NCBI GenBank assembly: GCA_036785375.1
Contig: JAWMAR010000622.1
Coordinates: forward strand, 806,001-842,293
Source: Leucoraja ocellata
Lineage: Eukaryota
Reading direction: 5' to 3'
DNA length: 36,293 nucleotides
Part shown: one piece after another, positions 1 through 11,798 of the stretch
Layout: each line of letters begins with the position of its first letter
How positions within the stretch are numbered: position 1 is the first letter of the stretch
Notes under the pieces: generated by a model
What the model was told of the DNA's origin: nothing
Databases searched by the model: none
The model's input: the letters and a program-made list of their open reading frames with translations, nothing else
Translations under genes and position numbers: made by a program

Positions 1-359
1 CATTTGGCCCCTTGATTTGTTGACCCAGACGTGAATAAAATGAGCCGCAGAGGGCGAGGTTGAGGCAGGTGCAATAACAATGTTGAATAGGCATTGGGGC
101 AGATGCGTGGAAAATAAATGTTTCGTTGAGTATGGGGCAAACGTGGGTATGTTGGAACAGCTCAGATGGGACCTGTGGATTGGCGTGGACGAGTTGGTCA
201 GATTCCTTGACTGACTCTGTGACTCTATGGGCTTAAGGACCTGTTTCATTGCCCCGTGATGCCATTGAAATGCAGCACCAGTATCGCGTCAACATTGGAA
301 ACATTGAACCGTTGTAATAGCGCCATACATCATTCTCCACATTCACGCCAGGGACAATG

Positions 360-815
360 TGTTATTCCCCGTCCTCCCAATGCCCAATTCCCTCCCCTCT
401 CTTCCCTTCCTCCCTCCATCACCCTCCCATTCTCCCTGTCCTCTCCCCCCCCCCCCCCCGTCTTTTAACCATTTGCTCAGCTCTCCACGTTGTCCCACTC
501 TTCAGATCACTCTTCCCCATGTCAACAATAGGGCCCAGCAGGGCACGACTCTGCCTGATGCCATCTATTGCCGGTCTTGCTCTGTCCCAGTCTTCTCTCG
601 CTCCCAGCTCTTCACCCACGCCACTCCCCTCCCCCTATGCCCCATCCTCCCACTACCCCCCCCCCCCTCCCGCCCCGCCCCACACCCGTTCTTTCTGAAG
701 GAAACAGAAAAATAAATCTGAACAAGTGCGCCGACCGGAACGTGGCCCACCCACATCCACCAGAGATGCTGCCTGACCCACTGAGTTACAGGAGCGATGT
801 GTTTCTCCAGCACTT
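360..815 (+). mobile_element. Degenerate Penelope-like 3' UTR/pLTR remnant
   Basis: C-rich tract followed by the agagatgctgcctgacccactgagttac tail shared with other copies in the window. Confidence 0.45.
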
Positions 816-1523
816 TGCATTAGAAAAGTTGCCCTGAATTAGAAGAGGCCCATCAGTTAACAAGTCTCTTTCACTCACTCCCGGGCTATCGTTACCACGG
901 CCACATGACAATAAACTGACTTGAACTTGTACTAGGTAGGATACACTAGAACATCCAAGCTCTTGAACTACATATTGTTGTTATTCCACCATTATCGCTN
1001 NNNNNNNNNNNNNNNNNNNNNNNNNNNNNNNNNNNNNNNNNNNNNNNNNNNNNNNNNNNNNNNNNNNNNNNNNNNNNNNNNNNNNNNNNNNNNNNNNNNN
1101 NNNNNNNNNNNNNNNNNNNNNNNNNNNNNNNNNNNNNNNNNNNNNNNNNNNNNNNNNNNNNNNNNNNNNNNNNNNNNNNNNNNNNNNNNNNNNNNNNNNN
1201 NNNNNNNNNNNNNNNNNNNNNNNNNNNNNNNNNNNNNNNNNNNNNNNNNNNNNNNNNNNNNNNNNNNNNNNNNNNNNNNNNNNNNNNNNNNNNNNNNNNN
1301 NNNNNNNNNNNNNNNNNNNNNNNNNNNNTGAGTTTGTGTATGTATATACACACACTGAAATAACTTTTTCTCGTTTATTCCATTGTTTACAGTGTGCCAT
1401 GTTTACACATTCTGTTGTGCTGCTACAAGTAAGAATTGTATTATCTATCTGGAACACACGACAATAAAACCCCTTGACTCTTGGATTGCGGTCGCCAATT
1501 GTTAAAATGTTTGCTATTGGTAC

Positions 1524-1679
1524 CTTCACAGCCTCTCTTTCCGAGAACTGCCCCGCGCGTCGACACCGAGTCTCCCGGTGAATCCTCGTGTGAATCCTCC
1601 CGTCTCCCGAAGTCTCTCTCTGTGTCCGCGCTGGTTTCACATTGAGGCTCGAGTAGATGATATGTTGTCCCCGGGGCAG
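1524..1679 (-). CDS. Cytoplasmic exon of putative ITIM-bearing type I membrane receptor (LPRGQHIIYSSLNVKPARTQ...EREAVK)
   Basis: On the - strand, strong acceptor ttctatttctttccag and donor AAG|gtacca. 156 nt, phase 0-0, open, contains ITIM IIYSSL (1644-1661). Phase matches the 2881-2945 exon. Confidence 0.7.
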
Positions 1680-1897
1680 CTGGAAAGAAATAGAATAGAG
1701 ACGGATATTTCAGCACCACAACAGCCCTGAATTAACATTACATACTATTCTTACAACACTACATATATCACACCGCAGCAGAATTATCAACGTCGACATT
1801 GGGATAAACAGGACAATGCAGCACAATATTTCTACCCTCAATATTTTTTCACGGTTTCATTTAAACTTCGCACAGTATTTACATCTCAACACCATCA

Positions 1898-2184
1898 CGG
1901 GGAGAAGAAAGGAAAAGGGAGGAGGAGGAGCCCGAGGGCTGAGGGATGGGAGGAGACAGTCTGAGGGTTGATGAAGGGGAGGAGACAGCAAGGGCTAACA
2001 AAATTGGGAGAATTCAATGTTCATGCCCCAGGATGGAGACACCCCCAAGCGGAATATGAGGTGCTGTTCCTCCAATTTCCGGTGGTGCTCACTCTGGCCG
2101 TGGAGGAGGCCCAGGACAGAGAGGTCGGATACAGAATGGGAGGGGGAGTTGAAGTGCTGAGCCACCGGGAGGTCAGGTTGGTTA
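1898..2184 (-). mobile_element. Penelope-like element 3' fragment (C-terminal part of GIY-YIG endonuclease region)
   Basis: - strand translates QPDLPVAQHFNSPSHSVSDLSVLGLLHGQSEHHRKLEEQHLIFRLGCLHPG/(frameshift)MNIEFSQFC*, typical of the vertebrate Penelope ORF end. Confidence 0.75.
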
Positions 2185-2324
2185 TTGAAGAGATTTCAGC
2201 AGCATAACTCTGGCCATTCCCTCTTATCCCCTCTTCCATCAGGCAAAATGTCGAGAAGTGTGAAAAGACACACCTCGAGAATCAGCCGCCCCCCCCCCCC
2301 CCCTCCCCCCCCCCCCACCCCAGT

Positions 2325-2610
2325 TTAAGAATAGGGTGTAGGTCATTTCGCACTGAGATGAGGGGAACATCTTTTCACCCAGAGAATTGTGCACGTGTGG
2401 AATTCTCTGCCACGGAAAGGGCAGTGGAGGCCAATTCACTGGATGTTTTCAAGCTAGAATTAGATTTAGCTCTTCGGGCTAACGGAATCAAGGGATATGG
2501 GGAAAAAGCAGGAATGGGGTACTGATTTTGGATGATCATATTGAATGGCGGAGCTGGCTTGAAGGGCCGAATGCCCTACTTCTGCACCTAATTTCCATGT
2601 TTCTATCGTA
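2325..2610 (+). mobile_element. CR1/HER LINE 3' fragment
   Basis: Encodes the ...WNSLP... ORF2 C-terminus and carries the gaagggccgaatg...cctact 3' tail. Confidence 0.75.
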
Positions 2611-2880
2611 TCTATCCATGGATTAATTGTAATCATGTATTGTTTTTCTGCTGACTGGATAGCACGCAGCAGAAAACTTTTCACTGCGCCTCGGTACACG
2701 TGACAATAAACTAAACTGAACGGAACTGAGATTGCCCCTACTGTGTAAGTTAGAACTAGCGTGAATGGGTGATCGCTGGTCGGTGTGGTCTCGGTGAGTG
2801 GAAGGACCATGCAGTATCTCTTAAAACTCGAGCTGGGTAAACTGAACGAGCTCAAAGAACGAAGTGAAAATGACAAGTAC

Positions 2881-2945
2881 CTGGCTGTTCGATCGCCGAA
2901 CAAAATCAGGGGACCCATCAAAGCAGCTCGAATCCGTACAGGCGG
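2881..2945 (-). CDS. Juxtamembrane cytoplasmic exon of the same receptor ((S)ACTDSSCFDGSPDFVRRSNSQ)
   Basis: Acceptor ttaacattttcag, donor CAG|gtactt. 65 nt, phase 1-0, bridges the TM exon (ends phase 1) to the ITIM exon (starts phase 0) without stops. Unique sequence between repeats. Confidence 0.65.
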
Positions 2946-2959
2946 CTGAAAATGTTAAA

Positions 2960-4090
2960 TAGAAACATAGATAATAGGTGCAGAATTATGCCATTCGGCT
3001 CTTTAAGCCAGCGGCCATTCAATATGATCATGGCTGACCATCCAAAATCAGTACCCCGGTCCTGCTTTCTCCCCATATCCATTGATTCCATTAGCTTCAA
3101 GAGCGATATCTAACTCCACTGAAAACATCCAGTGAATTGGTCTCCACTGCCTTATGTGGCAGAGAATTCTACAGATTCACAACTGTCTGGGTTTATCCTC
3201 ATCTCGATCCTAAATGGTCTACCCCTTATTCTTAAACTGTGACCCCTGGTTCTGGACTACCCCAACATCGGGAACATTTTTTCCTGCATCTCGCCTGTCC
3301 AACCCTTTAAGAATGTTACATGTTTCTATAAGATATCCTCTCATCCTTCTAAATTCCAGTGAATGCTAGCCCAGTCGATCCATTATTTCATCATATATCA
3401 TTCCCGCCATCCCGGGAATTAATCTGATGAACCTACTCCTTCAACAGCAAGAATGTGTTTCCTCAAATTAGGAGACCAAAACTGCACACAAACTCTGTTG
3501 CGGTCTCACTAGGACCATGTGCAACTGCAGAGGGATCTCCTTGCTCCTATGCTCCAATCATCTCGCTATGTACGCCAACGTGGCATTTGCTTTCTTCACT
3601 GCCTGCTGTACCTGCATGCTTACTTTCAATGACTGATGTACAAGTCTCGTTGCACCTCCCTTTTTCCCCAATCTGACAACATTCAGATAATAACCTGCCT
3701 TCTTGTTCTTGCCACCAAAGTGGATAACCTCACTTTTATCTACATTATCCTGCATCTGCCAACCTTCTGCCCACTCACCAAACCTATCCAAGTCACACTG
3801 CAGCCTCAAAGCATCTTTCTCGCAGCTCACCCTGCCACCCAGCTTTGTGTGATCCGCAAGCTTGGAGATGTTATATTTAAGTCCTTCGACTAAATCGGTT
3901 ATAATTTGTAAATAACTGGGGTCCCAGCACTGAGCCTTGCTGCACCCTACTAATCACTGCCTGCCATTCTGAAAAGGGACCCGTTAATTCCTACTCTTTG
4001 CATCCTATCTACCAACCAGCCCTCTATCCATGTCAATGCCTTAGCTCCAATACCATGTGGTCTAATATTGCACATTAATCTCTTGTGTGG
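2960..4090 (-). mobile_element. CR1/HER LINE 3' fragment (decayed RT)
   Basis: ORF track LQCDLDR..WQM..NVDK.EVIHFG and VQQAVKKAN, plus 3' tail. Confidence 0.85.
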
Positions 4091-4156
4091 TATTGGAATG
4101 GAACTGAAACACAAGCGAACTCTTTACAATTAACCACGCTCGACATTCATATATCA

Positions 4157-5008
4157 GGGCAGCACGGCTGCTCAGCGGTAGATATGCTGCTCACAGCGCC
4201 AGAAACCCGGGTTCGATCCTGACTACTGGTGCTGTTTTGTATGGAGTTTGTAAGTTCTCCCGGTGAGCTGCGTGGGTTTTCTCCGGGTGCTCCAGTTTCC
4301 TCCACACTCCAAATAAACTAAAGGTTTATTGGCTTGGTGTCACTGTAACTTACCCCTAGTGTATGTAGGATAGTGCGGGGATCGCTGGTCGGCGTGGACT
4401 CCTGGGATGGCAGGACTTTCATATGAAGAAAGACTGGATAGACTCGGCTTGTATACGCTGGAATTCAGAAGATTGAGGGGGGGTCTTATAGAAACTTACA
4501 AAATTCTTAAGGGGTTGGACAGGCTAGATGCAGGAAGATTATTCCCGATGTTGGGGAAGTCCAGAACTAGGGGTCACAGTTTAAGGATAAGAGGAAAGTA
4601 TTTTAGGACAGAGATGAGAAAATCATGTTTTACACAGAGAGTGGTGAATCTGTGGAATTCTCTGCCACAGAAGGTAGTTGAGGCCACAGTTCATTGGCTA
4701 TATTTAAGAGGGAGTTAGATGTGGCCCTTGTGGCTAAGCGGATCAGGGGGTATGGAGAGAAGGCAGGTACGGGATACTGAGTTGGATGATCAGCCATGAT
4801 CATATTGAACGGCGGTGCAGGCTCGAAGGGCCCAATGGCCTACTCCTGCACTTAATTTCTATGTTTCTATGTTTCTATAATCATATTGAATGGCGGTGTA
4901 GGCTCGAAGGGCCGAATGGCCTACTCCTGCACCTATTTTCTATGTTTCTATGTTTCTATGACTCAGTGGGCCGAAGGGCCTGTTTCCGCGCTGTATCTCT
5001 AAACTAAA
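4157..5008 (+). mobile_element. HE1-like tRNA-derived V-SINE interrupted by a CR1 3' fragment (~4403-4960)
   Basis: A/B-box head (gggttcgatcc). The SINE breaks at gtggactc and resumes at gactcagtgggccgaagggcctgtttcc...taaactaa. The insert encodes [20 protein letters not shown]. Confidence 0.85.
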
Positions 5009-5521
5009 TCTACATCGAAATCATCTGGTTTATATTGTAATGAACAGGGTGTAGGCGCAGAACAACGATTCACGATTTCAATTGCGAACACATTATGATC
5101 AATAATTTCAGATTATAGTGAAATAGATTAGACTGAAATCAGCCGTTTTCTGTTAAAGGAAGTTAGAATGAAATTAATGATTAGATGTTCAAATGAAATG
5201 AACATTGGTGAAGCAAGTCTGCATGTAATCAGAGAAGATTCTAATCAGTGGAAATTAAATAACAATTAGACGTCCCATTCGTTTTAGATAATATATTGGA
5301 AATTAGAATGAAATTGATGATTTCGTATTGTAATTTAGCAGGGAGCAGATTTGCGAGGCAGGGTGGTAGATTACATTAAAACAGATAAAATCCCGATAAT
5401 TCAGAATATTATATGGGACACGAGTCATGGAAACAGGCCCTTCGGCCCAACTTGCCCACACTGATCAACATGCCCCATCTGCACTGGACCCACTTCGTGC
5501 GTTTTTGCCCATATCCTCAGC

Positions 5522-5553
5522 CTGAAGAAGGGTCTCGACCCGAAACGTCACCC
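5522..5553 (+). ncRNA. Minimal Penelope-type hammerhead ribozyme core
   Basis: CTGAAGA-a-GGGTC-tc-GACCC-GAAA-CGT-C: intact core, stem II and palindromic ACGT helix III. Helix I is poor in this copy. Confidence 0.55.
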
Positions 5554-5679
5554 ATTCCTTCTATCCAGAAATGCTGCCTGGCCCGCTGAGTTGCTCACTG
5601 AGTTACTCCAATATTTCGTGCATCTCTAAACCAATCCTATCCATGTACCTGTCTAAATGTTCAACTTTGCTATCCTTCC

Positions 5680-5886
5680 TTTGGAGATACAGCGCGAAAA
5701 CAGGCCCACCAAGTCTGCACCGACCAGCGACCCCCGCTCACGCGGGGCAATTTGCATTTATACCAAGCCAGTTAACCTACAAGCCTGTGCGCCTTCGGAG
5801 TGTCGGAGGAAACCGAAGATCTCGGAGAAACCCCACGCGGTCACGAGGAGAGCGTACAAACTCCGTACAGACAGCGCCCGTGGTGG
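5680..5886 (-). mobile_element. HE1-like SINE 3' part
   Basis: Reverse complement of the SINE body and tail (gagatacagcgcgaaaacaggccc...ctccgtacagacagc). Confidence 0.75.
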
Positions 5887-5889
5887 GGA

Positions 5890-6455
5890 TTTGTATCAGA
5901 CGTTGGTGAGGCCGCATTTAGAGAATCGCGTTCAGTTCTGGCCACCATGTCATACAAAATATACTGTCAATCTAGAAAAGGTGCAGCGAAGATTTACAAG
6001 GATGTTGCCACGGCTAGAACTCAGGGTTGGGGCTCTATTCCTTGGAGCGCAGAAGGATGAAGGGTGATGGTATTGTTGAGGTGTATAAAATCATGAGAGG
6101 AACATATCGGGTAGATGCACAGAGTCTCTTGACCAGAGTAGGTGAATCGTGGACCAGAGGGACATAGGTTGAAGGAGAAGGGGAAAGGATTTAATAGAAA
6201 TCTGAGGGGTAACGTTTTCACACAAAGGGTGGTGGGTGTATGAAAAAAACTGCCAGATGTGGTAGTTGAGGCAGGGGTTATATCAACGTTTAAGAAACAG
6301 TTAGACAGGTACATGGATTTGGACAGGTTTGGAGGGATGTGGATCAAACGCGAGCAGGTAGGACGGGTGTAGATGGGGAATGTTGGTCAGTATGGACAAG
6401 TTGGGCTGAACGGCCTGTTTCCACAATGTATCACTCCATGATTCTATAACTCTGT
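5890..6455 (+). mobile_element. CR1 LINE 3' fragment
   Basis: LYQTLVRPHLE..VQFW..LEKVQRRFTRMLP, followed by the 3' tail. Confidence 0.85.
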
Positions 6456-6635
6456 GACTTCTATCAAGTCTCCCTTCAAACTCCGATGTTCCGGGAAATA
6501 TTCTTGAGATAACTCAACTCGCACGGTGCGCTGGCATCTGAAAAACCCGGGCAGTTACCAATCCTCGAGTAATCCTTTGACCGGCCCCTTGCCCGATATC
6601 TAAGGAACACCCCTGGAAGGAGCTCAGTCACTCAC

Positions 6636-6758
6636 AGATCCGATGTTTAACCAGGTATAGGCAGGACAACGCGGCGATCCCGAACACAAGTCCAAGCGCA
6701 GCGGCGATCAAAATGTCACTTCCAGAGAGCAAGGGGCAAGTCGCTCCGCTGTCACCGT
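6636..6758 (-). CDS. Transmembrane exon (GDSGATCPLLSGSD-ILIAAALGLVFGIAALSCLYLV-KHRI)
   Basis: Acceptor ctctttctgacag, donor |gtgagt. 123 nt, phase 1-1. A 22-aa hydrophobic helix is followed by a basic stop-transfer KHR. Confidence 0.8.
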
Positions 6759-7099
6759 CTGTCAGAAAGAGTTGTTACACCACGGGTCGCCGGTAAACCT
6801 CTACATTTGGTCTGTTGACCGTTGGCCAGGGTTCATATGGATCAAACATGCCCAGAGTATTGTGAGGGTCTGGGGGAGGGGGCTACTGGAAAATTGTCAC
6901 AGTGCTGTATCGGTAGAGTTGCTGCCTCACAGAGCCAGAACAAGTGTCGGCGTAGACTCGACCACGGGAAAGGATGCAATGGCAATCGGAGGGGTAACTT
7001 TTTCACACAAAAGGTGGTGGGTGTATGGAACAAGCTGCCGGAGGAGGTAGTTGAGGCTGGGACAATCGCAACGTTTAAGAAACATTTAGACAGGTACAT

Positions 7100-8250
7100 G
7101 ATAGAAACATAGAAACAAAGAAAATAGGTGCAGGAGGAGGCCATTTGGCCCTTCGAGCCAGCAGCGCCATTCATTGTGATCATGGCTAATCATCCCCTAT
7201 CAATAACCCGTGCCTGCCTTCTCCCCATATCCCTTGACTCCACTAGCCCCTAGAGCTCTATCTAACTCTTTCTTAAATCCATCCAGTGACTGGCCTCCAC
7301 TGCCCTCTGTGGCAGGGAATTCCATAAATTCAAACTCTCTGGGTGAAAAGGTTTTTTTCTCACCTCAGTCTTAAATGGCCTCCCCTTTATTCTAAGACTG
7401 TGGCCCCTGGTTCTGGACTCGCCCAACATTGGGAACATTTTTCCTGCATCTAGCTTGTTCAGTCCTTTTATAATTTTATATGTTTCTATAAGATCCTCAC
7501 CCCCTCCCCTCCCCCACATCCTTCTAAACTCCAGTGAATACAAGCCTAGTCTTTTCAATCTTTCCCTGTATGACAGTCCCGCCATCCCAGGGATCAATCT
7601 CGTGAACCTACGCTGCACTGCCTCAATCACAAGGATGTCCTTGCTCAAATTAGGAGACCAAAACTGTACACAATGCTCCCGATGTGGTCTCACCAGAGCC
7701 CTGTACAACTGCAGAAGAACCTCTTTACTCCTATACTGAAATCCTCTTGTTATTAAGGCCAACATTCCATTAGCTTTCTTCACTGCCTGCTGTACCTGCA
7801 CGACAACTTTCAGTGACCGGTGTACAAGGACGCCCAGGTCTCGCTGCACCTCCCCCTTACCTAACCTAACCCCATTGAGATAATAATCTGCCCCTTGTTT
7901 TTGCCGCCAAAGTGGATAACCTCACATTTATCTATATTATACTGCATCTGCCACGCATCTGCCCACTCACTCAACCTGTCCAGGTCACCCTGCAACCTCC
8001 TAACATTCTCTTCACACTTCACACTGCCACCCAGCTTTGTGCCATCCGCAAACTTGCTAGTGTTGCTCCTAATTTCTTCTTCCAAATCATTAATATATAT
8101 GGTAAACAGTCGCGGCCCCAACACCGAGCCTTGCGGCACTCCACTCGCCACTGCCTGCCATTGTGAAAAGGACCCGTTCACTCCTACTCTTTGCTTCCGG
8201 TCAGCCAACCAATTTTCAATCCATGTCAACACCCTACCCCCAATACCATA
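7100..8250 (-). mobile_element. CR1/HER LINE 3' fragment with RT core, nested inside an older + strand CR1 (6985-7100 and 8250-8345)
   Basis: SGVPQGSVLGP...KFADGTKL and LYRALVRPH motifs. The host CR1 resumes after 8250. Confidence 0.9.
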
Positions 8251-8653
8251 GGTTAGGTTTAAAGGGGTATGGGCCGAACACATATTGGCCGGTATGGGCA
8301 AGTTGGGCCGAAGTTCCTGTTTCCCCACTGGGTGACTATAACTCTTTGACAATCTCATTTGAACTTTGCTCCTCTGAATGAAAAGCTGGGCCCTCGAGTC
8401 TTTGACATTTTCACCCTGGAAAATGGTTCTGACTGTCCACCCCCTCTATGCCTATCATAATATTGCATACTTCGATCAGGTCTGGTCGAATGTAGAGCGA
8501 TGGGCACGATTTAGTAGCGAGGAAGGTGGTTGAAGGCTACGCTTTTCCTCATGAAACCGCAGCGAGAGCATGAGACCTGCACACCTGCATGAGACCTGCA
8601 CACTTGCCAGCGAGACTCACAACTAAATATTCAAAGATAGGTCATCTACCCAC

Positions 8654-8710
8654 AGACAGCCCACGGGCTTAGCTTAATGCAAGTTGGTGACTTGGTCAGA
8701 GGTGAAATGC
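8654..8710 (-). CDS. Candidate short ectodomain exon (GISPLTKSPTCIKLSPWAV)
   Basis: Acceptor ccactctcacag, donor |gtgggt. 57 nt, phase 1-1, open only in the compatible frame. LTKS echoes the end of the preceding exon. Splice sites are moderate. Confidence 0.4.
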
Positions 8711-9046
8711 CTGTGAGAGTGGGCGACCTGCCGGCGCCCGCACCTCCCCCATACACCGCCAAGCCCAGTGTCACACGGCAGCGGCCTGAATGTGAGACAT
8801 CTGTTGTTTCCTCCCCAAATTGACTGCAGCCGTGCAGGCGGCCATTTGGCCCACAGGGCCGCTGCTGGCCCGTGGGGGGATGAAATCAATTAGTCGCTCT
8901 ACGCGCCCCCAATCTATGGGGCGCGGGAATTTCCCGAAACGAGAAGATGATAACGAGAACACAAAATGCTGGAGTACCGCAACTGGTCAGGCAGCATAGC
9001 TGGAGTACATGGATAGATGAGGTGCAGCGGTAGAGTTGCTGCCTCG

Positions 9047-9272
9047 TGCCCCTGTCCCACTTAGGAAACCTGAACGGAAACCTCTGGAGACTTTGTGCCC
9101 CACCCAAAGGTTTCGTGCGGTTCCCGGACGTTATTGTCAGTCTCCCTACCTGCTTCCACTACCTGCAACCTCCGGCAACCACCTGCAACCTCCGGGAACC
9201 GCACGGAAACCTTGGGTGGGGCGCAAAGTCTCCAGAGGATTCCGTTCAGGTTTCCTAAGTGGGACAGGGGCA
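9047..9272. mobile_element. Palindromic MITE, probably PIF/Harbinger, inserted into an HE1 SINE (~9020-9540)
   Basis: ~80-bp terminal inverted repeats TGCCCCTGTCCCACTTAGGAAACC...GGTTTCCTAAGTGGGACAGGGGCA. The SINE is split at ttgctgcctc/acagcgccag. Confidence 0.8.
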
Positions 9273-9589
9273 TTTTACAGCGCCAGAGAATCTGGTTCCT
9301 GGGTGGAGACTGCGGATTCGGCCTGTGTGGAGTTTGTACATTCTCTCTGTGACCGCGCGGGTTTTCTCCGGGTTTTTCGGTTTCCTCCCACATCACAAAG
9401 ACGTGCTGGATTTGTCGGGTAATTCGTTTCTGTAAATTTGTCCCTGGTGTGTAGGATAGTGATAGTGTACGGGGTGATCGCTGGTAGGTGGGGACTCGGT
9501 GGGCCGAAGAGCCTGTTCCCGCACTGTATCTAAATTCTAATGTATGAAGTCTAAAGGGGCGGTTCGGGTCGGGACCCCTCTTCAGATCA

Positions 9590-10015
9590 TAGATACATTG
9601 ATACATAGAAAATAGGTGCAGGAGTAGAGGCCTTCGAGCCTGCACCGCCATTCAATATGATCATGGCTGATCATCCAACTCAGTGTCCTGTACCTGCCTT
9701 CTCTCCGTACCCCCTGATCCCTTTAGCCACAAGGGCCACATCTAACTCCCTCTTAAATATAGCCAATGAACTGGCCTCAACTACCTTCTGTGGCAGAGAG
9801 TTCCAGAGATTCGCCACTCTCTGTGTGAAAATGTTTTTTCTCACCTCGGTCTTAAAGGATATCCCCCTTATCCTTAAGCTGTGATCCCTTGTCCTGGACT
9901 TCCCCAACATCGGGAACAATCTTCCTGCATCTAGCCTGTCCAACCCCTTAAGACTTTTGTAAGTTTCTATAAGATCCCCCCTCAATCTTCTAAATTCTAG
10001 CGAGTACAAGCCGAG
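9590..10015 (-). mobile_element. CR1/HER LINE 3' fragment
   Basis: LGLYSLEFRRLRGDLIETYK...WNSLPQKVVEA. Confidence 0.9.
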
Positions 10016-10117
10016 ACATAATGAGACAACCCGCAAGAGTGGACGCAGAGGATAGACACAAAATGCATGGGTAACTCAGCGGGTCAGGCAGCATCTCTGG
10101 AAGAAAACGTTATGGGT

Positions 10118-10145
10118 GAGCTTTCGGGTCCAGACCCTTCATCAG
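10118..10145 (-). ncRNA. Minimal Penelope-type hammerhead ribozyme core within a Penelope 3' remnant (~10054-10340)
   Basis: - strand CTGATGA-a-GGGTC-tg-GACCC-GAAA-GCT-C: canonical core with palindromic AGCT helix III. Confidence 0.55.
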
Positions 10146-10429
10146 ATTCAGAATCGGGGGAGAAGGATATTGAGGTATGGGAAGGTACAGAACAAAGCAG
10201 TGCCGGCATAGATCACTCGGGAACGGTGGAGCCCACAATAGTCCATTGTTGGCTGGGGACGACGTGATGACGAAGGAGGTGAAATTAGCAAGAGAGGCAG
10301 GGTGGGGAAGGGACGGAGAGAGAGGGAATGCAAGGGTTACGAACGCAGGTTGCGTTTTAAAAAATGGGATTCAGTCGGGTCCGGATGGGTTAGGACGGGA
10401 TTTTAATCCCTGTTCACAAGATCATAATG

Positions 10430-11612
10430 TCATGTGATAGGAACAGAGTAAGGTCATTCGGCCCATCAAGTGTACCACGTCACTCCATCATGCCTGATCT
10501 ATCTCTCCCTCCTAACAGAATTCTCCTGCCATCTCCATATAAATCGAGACACCCATACTAGTCGAGAATCTCTGCCTTAAACAATATCAATTGACTTGGC
10601 CTCCACAGCCTTCTGTGGCAAATAATTCCACAGATAGACCACCCCCCGATGAAAGAAATACCTCCCCATCTGGGTCTGTATTCCCTGGAGAGCTGGAAGA
10701 TGAGGGGTGATCTTATTGATGTGTATAAAATCATGAGAGGAATAGATCGGGTAGAAGTACAGAGACTCTTGCCCAGAGTAGGGGAATCGAGGACCAGAGG
10801 ACATAGGTTCAAGGTGAAGGGGAAAAGATTTAATAGGAATCTGAGGGGTAACATTTTCACACAAAGGGTGGTGGGTGCATGGAACGAGCTGCCAGAGGAG
10901 GTAGTTGAGGCTGGGACCATCCTAATGTTTCAGAAACTGTTAGACAGGTACATGGATAGGACATGTTTGCAGGGATATGGAGCAAGCGCAGGCAGGTAGG
11001 ACTAGTATAGCTGGGGCATGTTGGCCGATGTTGGTAAGTTGAGCCGAAGGGCCTGTTTCCACACTGTATTACCCAATGCTATAGAACTCTTTCTCCTTCT
11101 TAAAGGAAACATAGAAAATAGGTGCAGGAGTAGGCCATTCGAGCCTGCACCGCCATTCGATATGATCATGGCTGATCATCCAACTCAGTATCCCATCCAT
11201 GCCTTCTCTCCATACCCCCTGATCCCTTTAGCCACAAGGGCCACATCTAACTCCCTCTTAAATATAGCCAATGAACTGGCCTCAACTACCTTCTGTGGCA
11301 GAGAATTCCACAGATTCACCACTCACTGTGTAAAAAATGTTTTTCTCATCTCGGTCCTAAAAGACTTCCCTCTTATCCTTAAACTGTGACCCATAGTTCT
11401 GGACTTCCCCAACATCGGGAATAATCTTCCTGCATCTAGCCTGTCCAACCCCTTAAGAATGTTGTAAGTTTCTATAAGATCCCCCCTCAATCTTCTGAAT
11501 TCTAGCGTGTGCAAGCCGAGTCTATCCAGTCTTTCTTCATATGAAAGTCCTGCCATCCCAGGAATTAGTCTGATGAAACTTATCTATACTCCCTCTATGG
11601 CAAGAACGTCCT
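10430..11612. mobile_element. Cluster of three CR1 3' fragments (- 10430-10650; + 10670-11070; - 11107-11612)
   Basis: Repeated LGLYSLE..RGDLI..WNELP/WNSLP motifs in the ORF track. Confidence 0.85.
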
Positions 11613-11663
11613 TTAATTCTGAGACTATGACCTTTTGTCCTAGACTCTCCCACTAGTTTCTAC

Positions 11664-11798
11664 CTGTGGATTTGGTCAGACGGCTCCACGATGTATCGGT
11701 TATGGGCTCATTCATAACTGTGGTCTCCGTCGCCGTTCTCGCTCCGCTAGCTGTCACCATTTCATCCGTCGGCGCCGATATCACCCGGACACCAAATG
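11664..11798 (-). CDS. Ser/Thr-rich (mucin-like) ectodomain exon (AFGVRVISAPTDEMVTASGARTATETTVMNEPITDTSWSRLTKST)
   Basis: Branch point and acceptor ctgacttttgtttag, donor CAG|gtagaa. 135 nt, phase 1-1, open, Thr/Ser-rich, in unique sequence. Confidence 0.65.

Noticed and set aside
256-837. Proline-rich ORFs
   Set aside because: Low-complexity C-rich Penelope-type UTR sequence with no coding signature.
946-1353. ORFs spanning N runs (also 12385-13011, 26751-27414, 28318-28824)
   Set aside because: Artefacts of translating gaps.
6523-6537. 15-nt micro-exon (YASAP) after the TM exon of the - strand gene
   Set aside because: The acceptor is plausible, but the donor would be a weak non-canonical GC; insufficient support.
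8569-8606. 19-bp tandem duplication (also a ~25-bp one near 14820-14870); CRISPR-like array considered
   Set aside because: Only two adjacent units with no spacers, in a eukaryotic context; ordinary slippage duplications.
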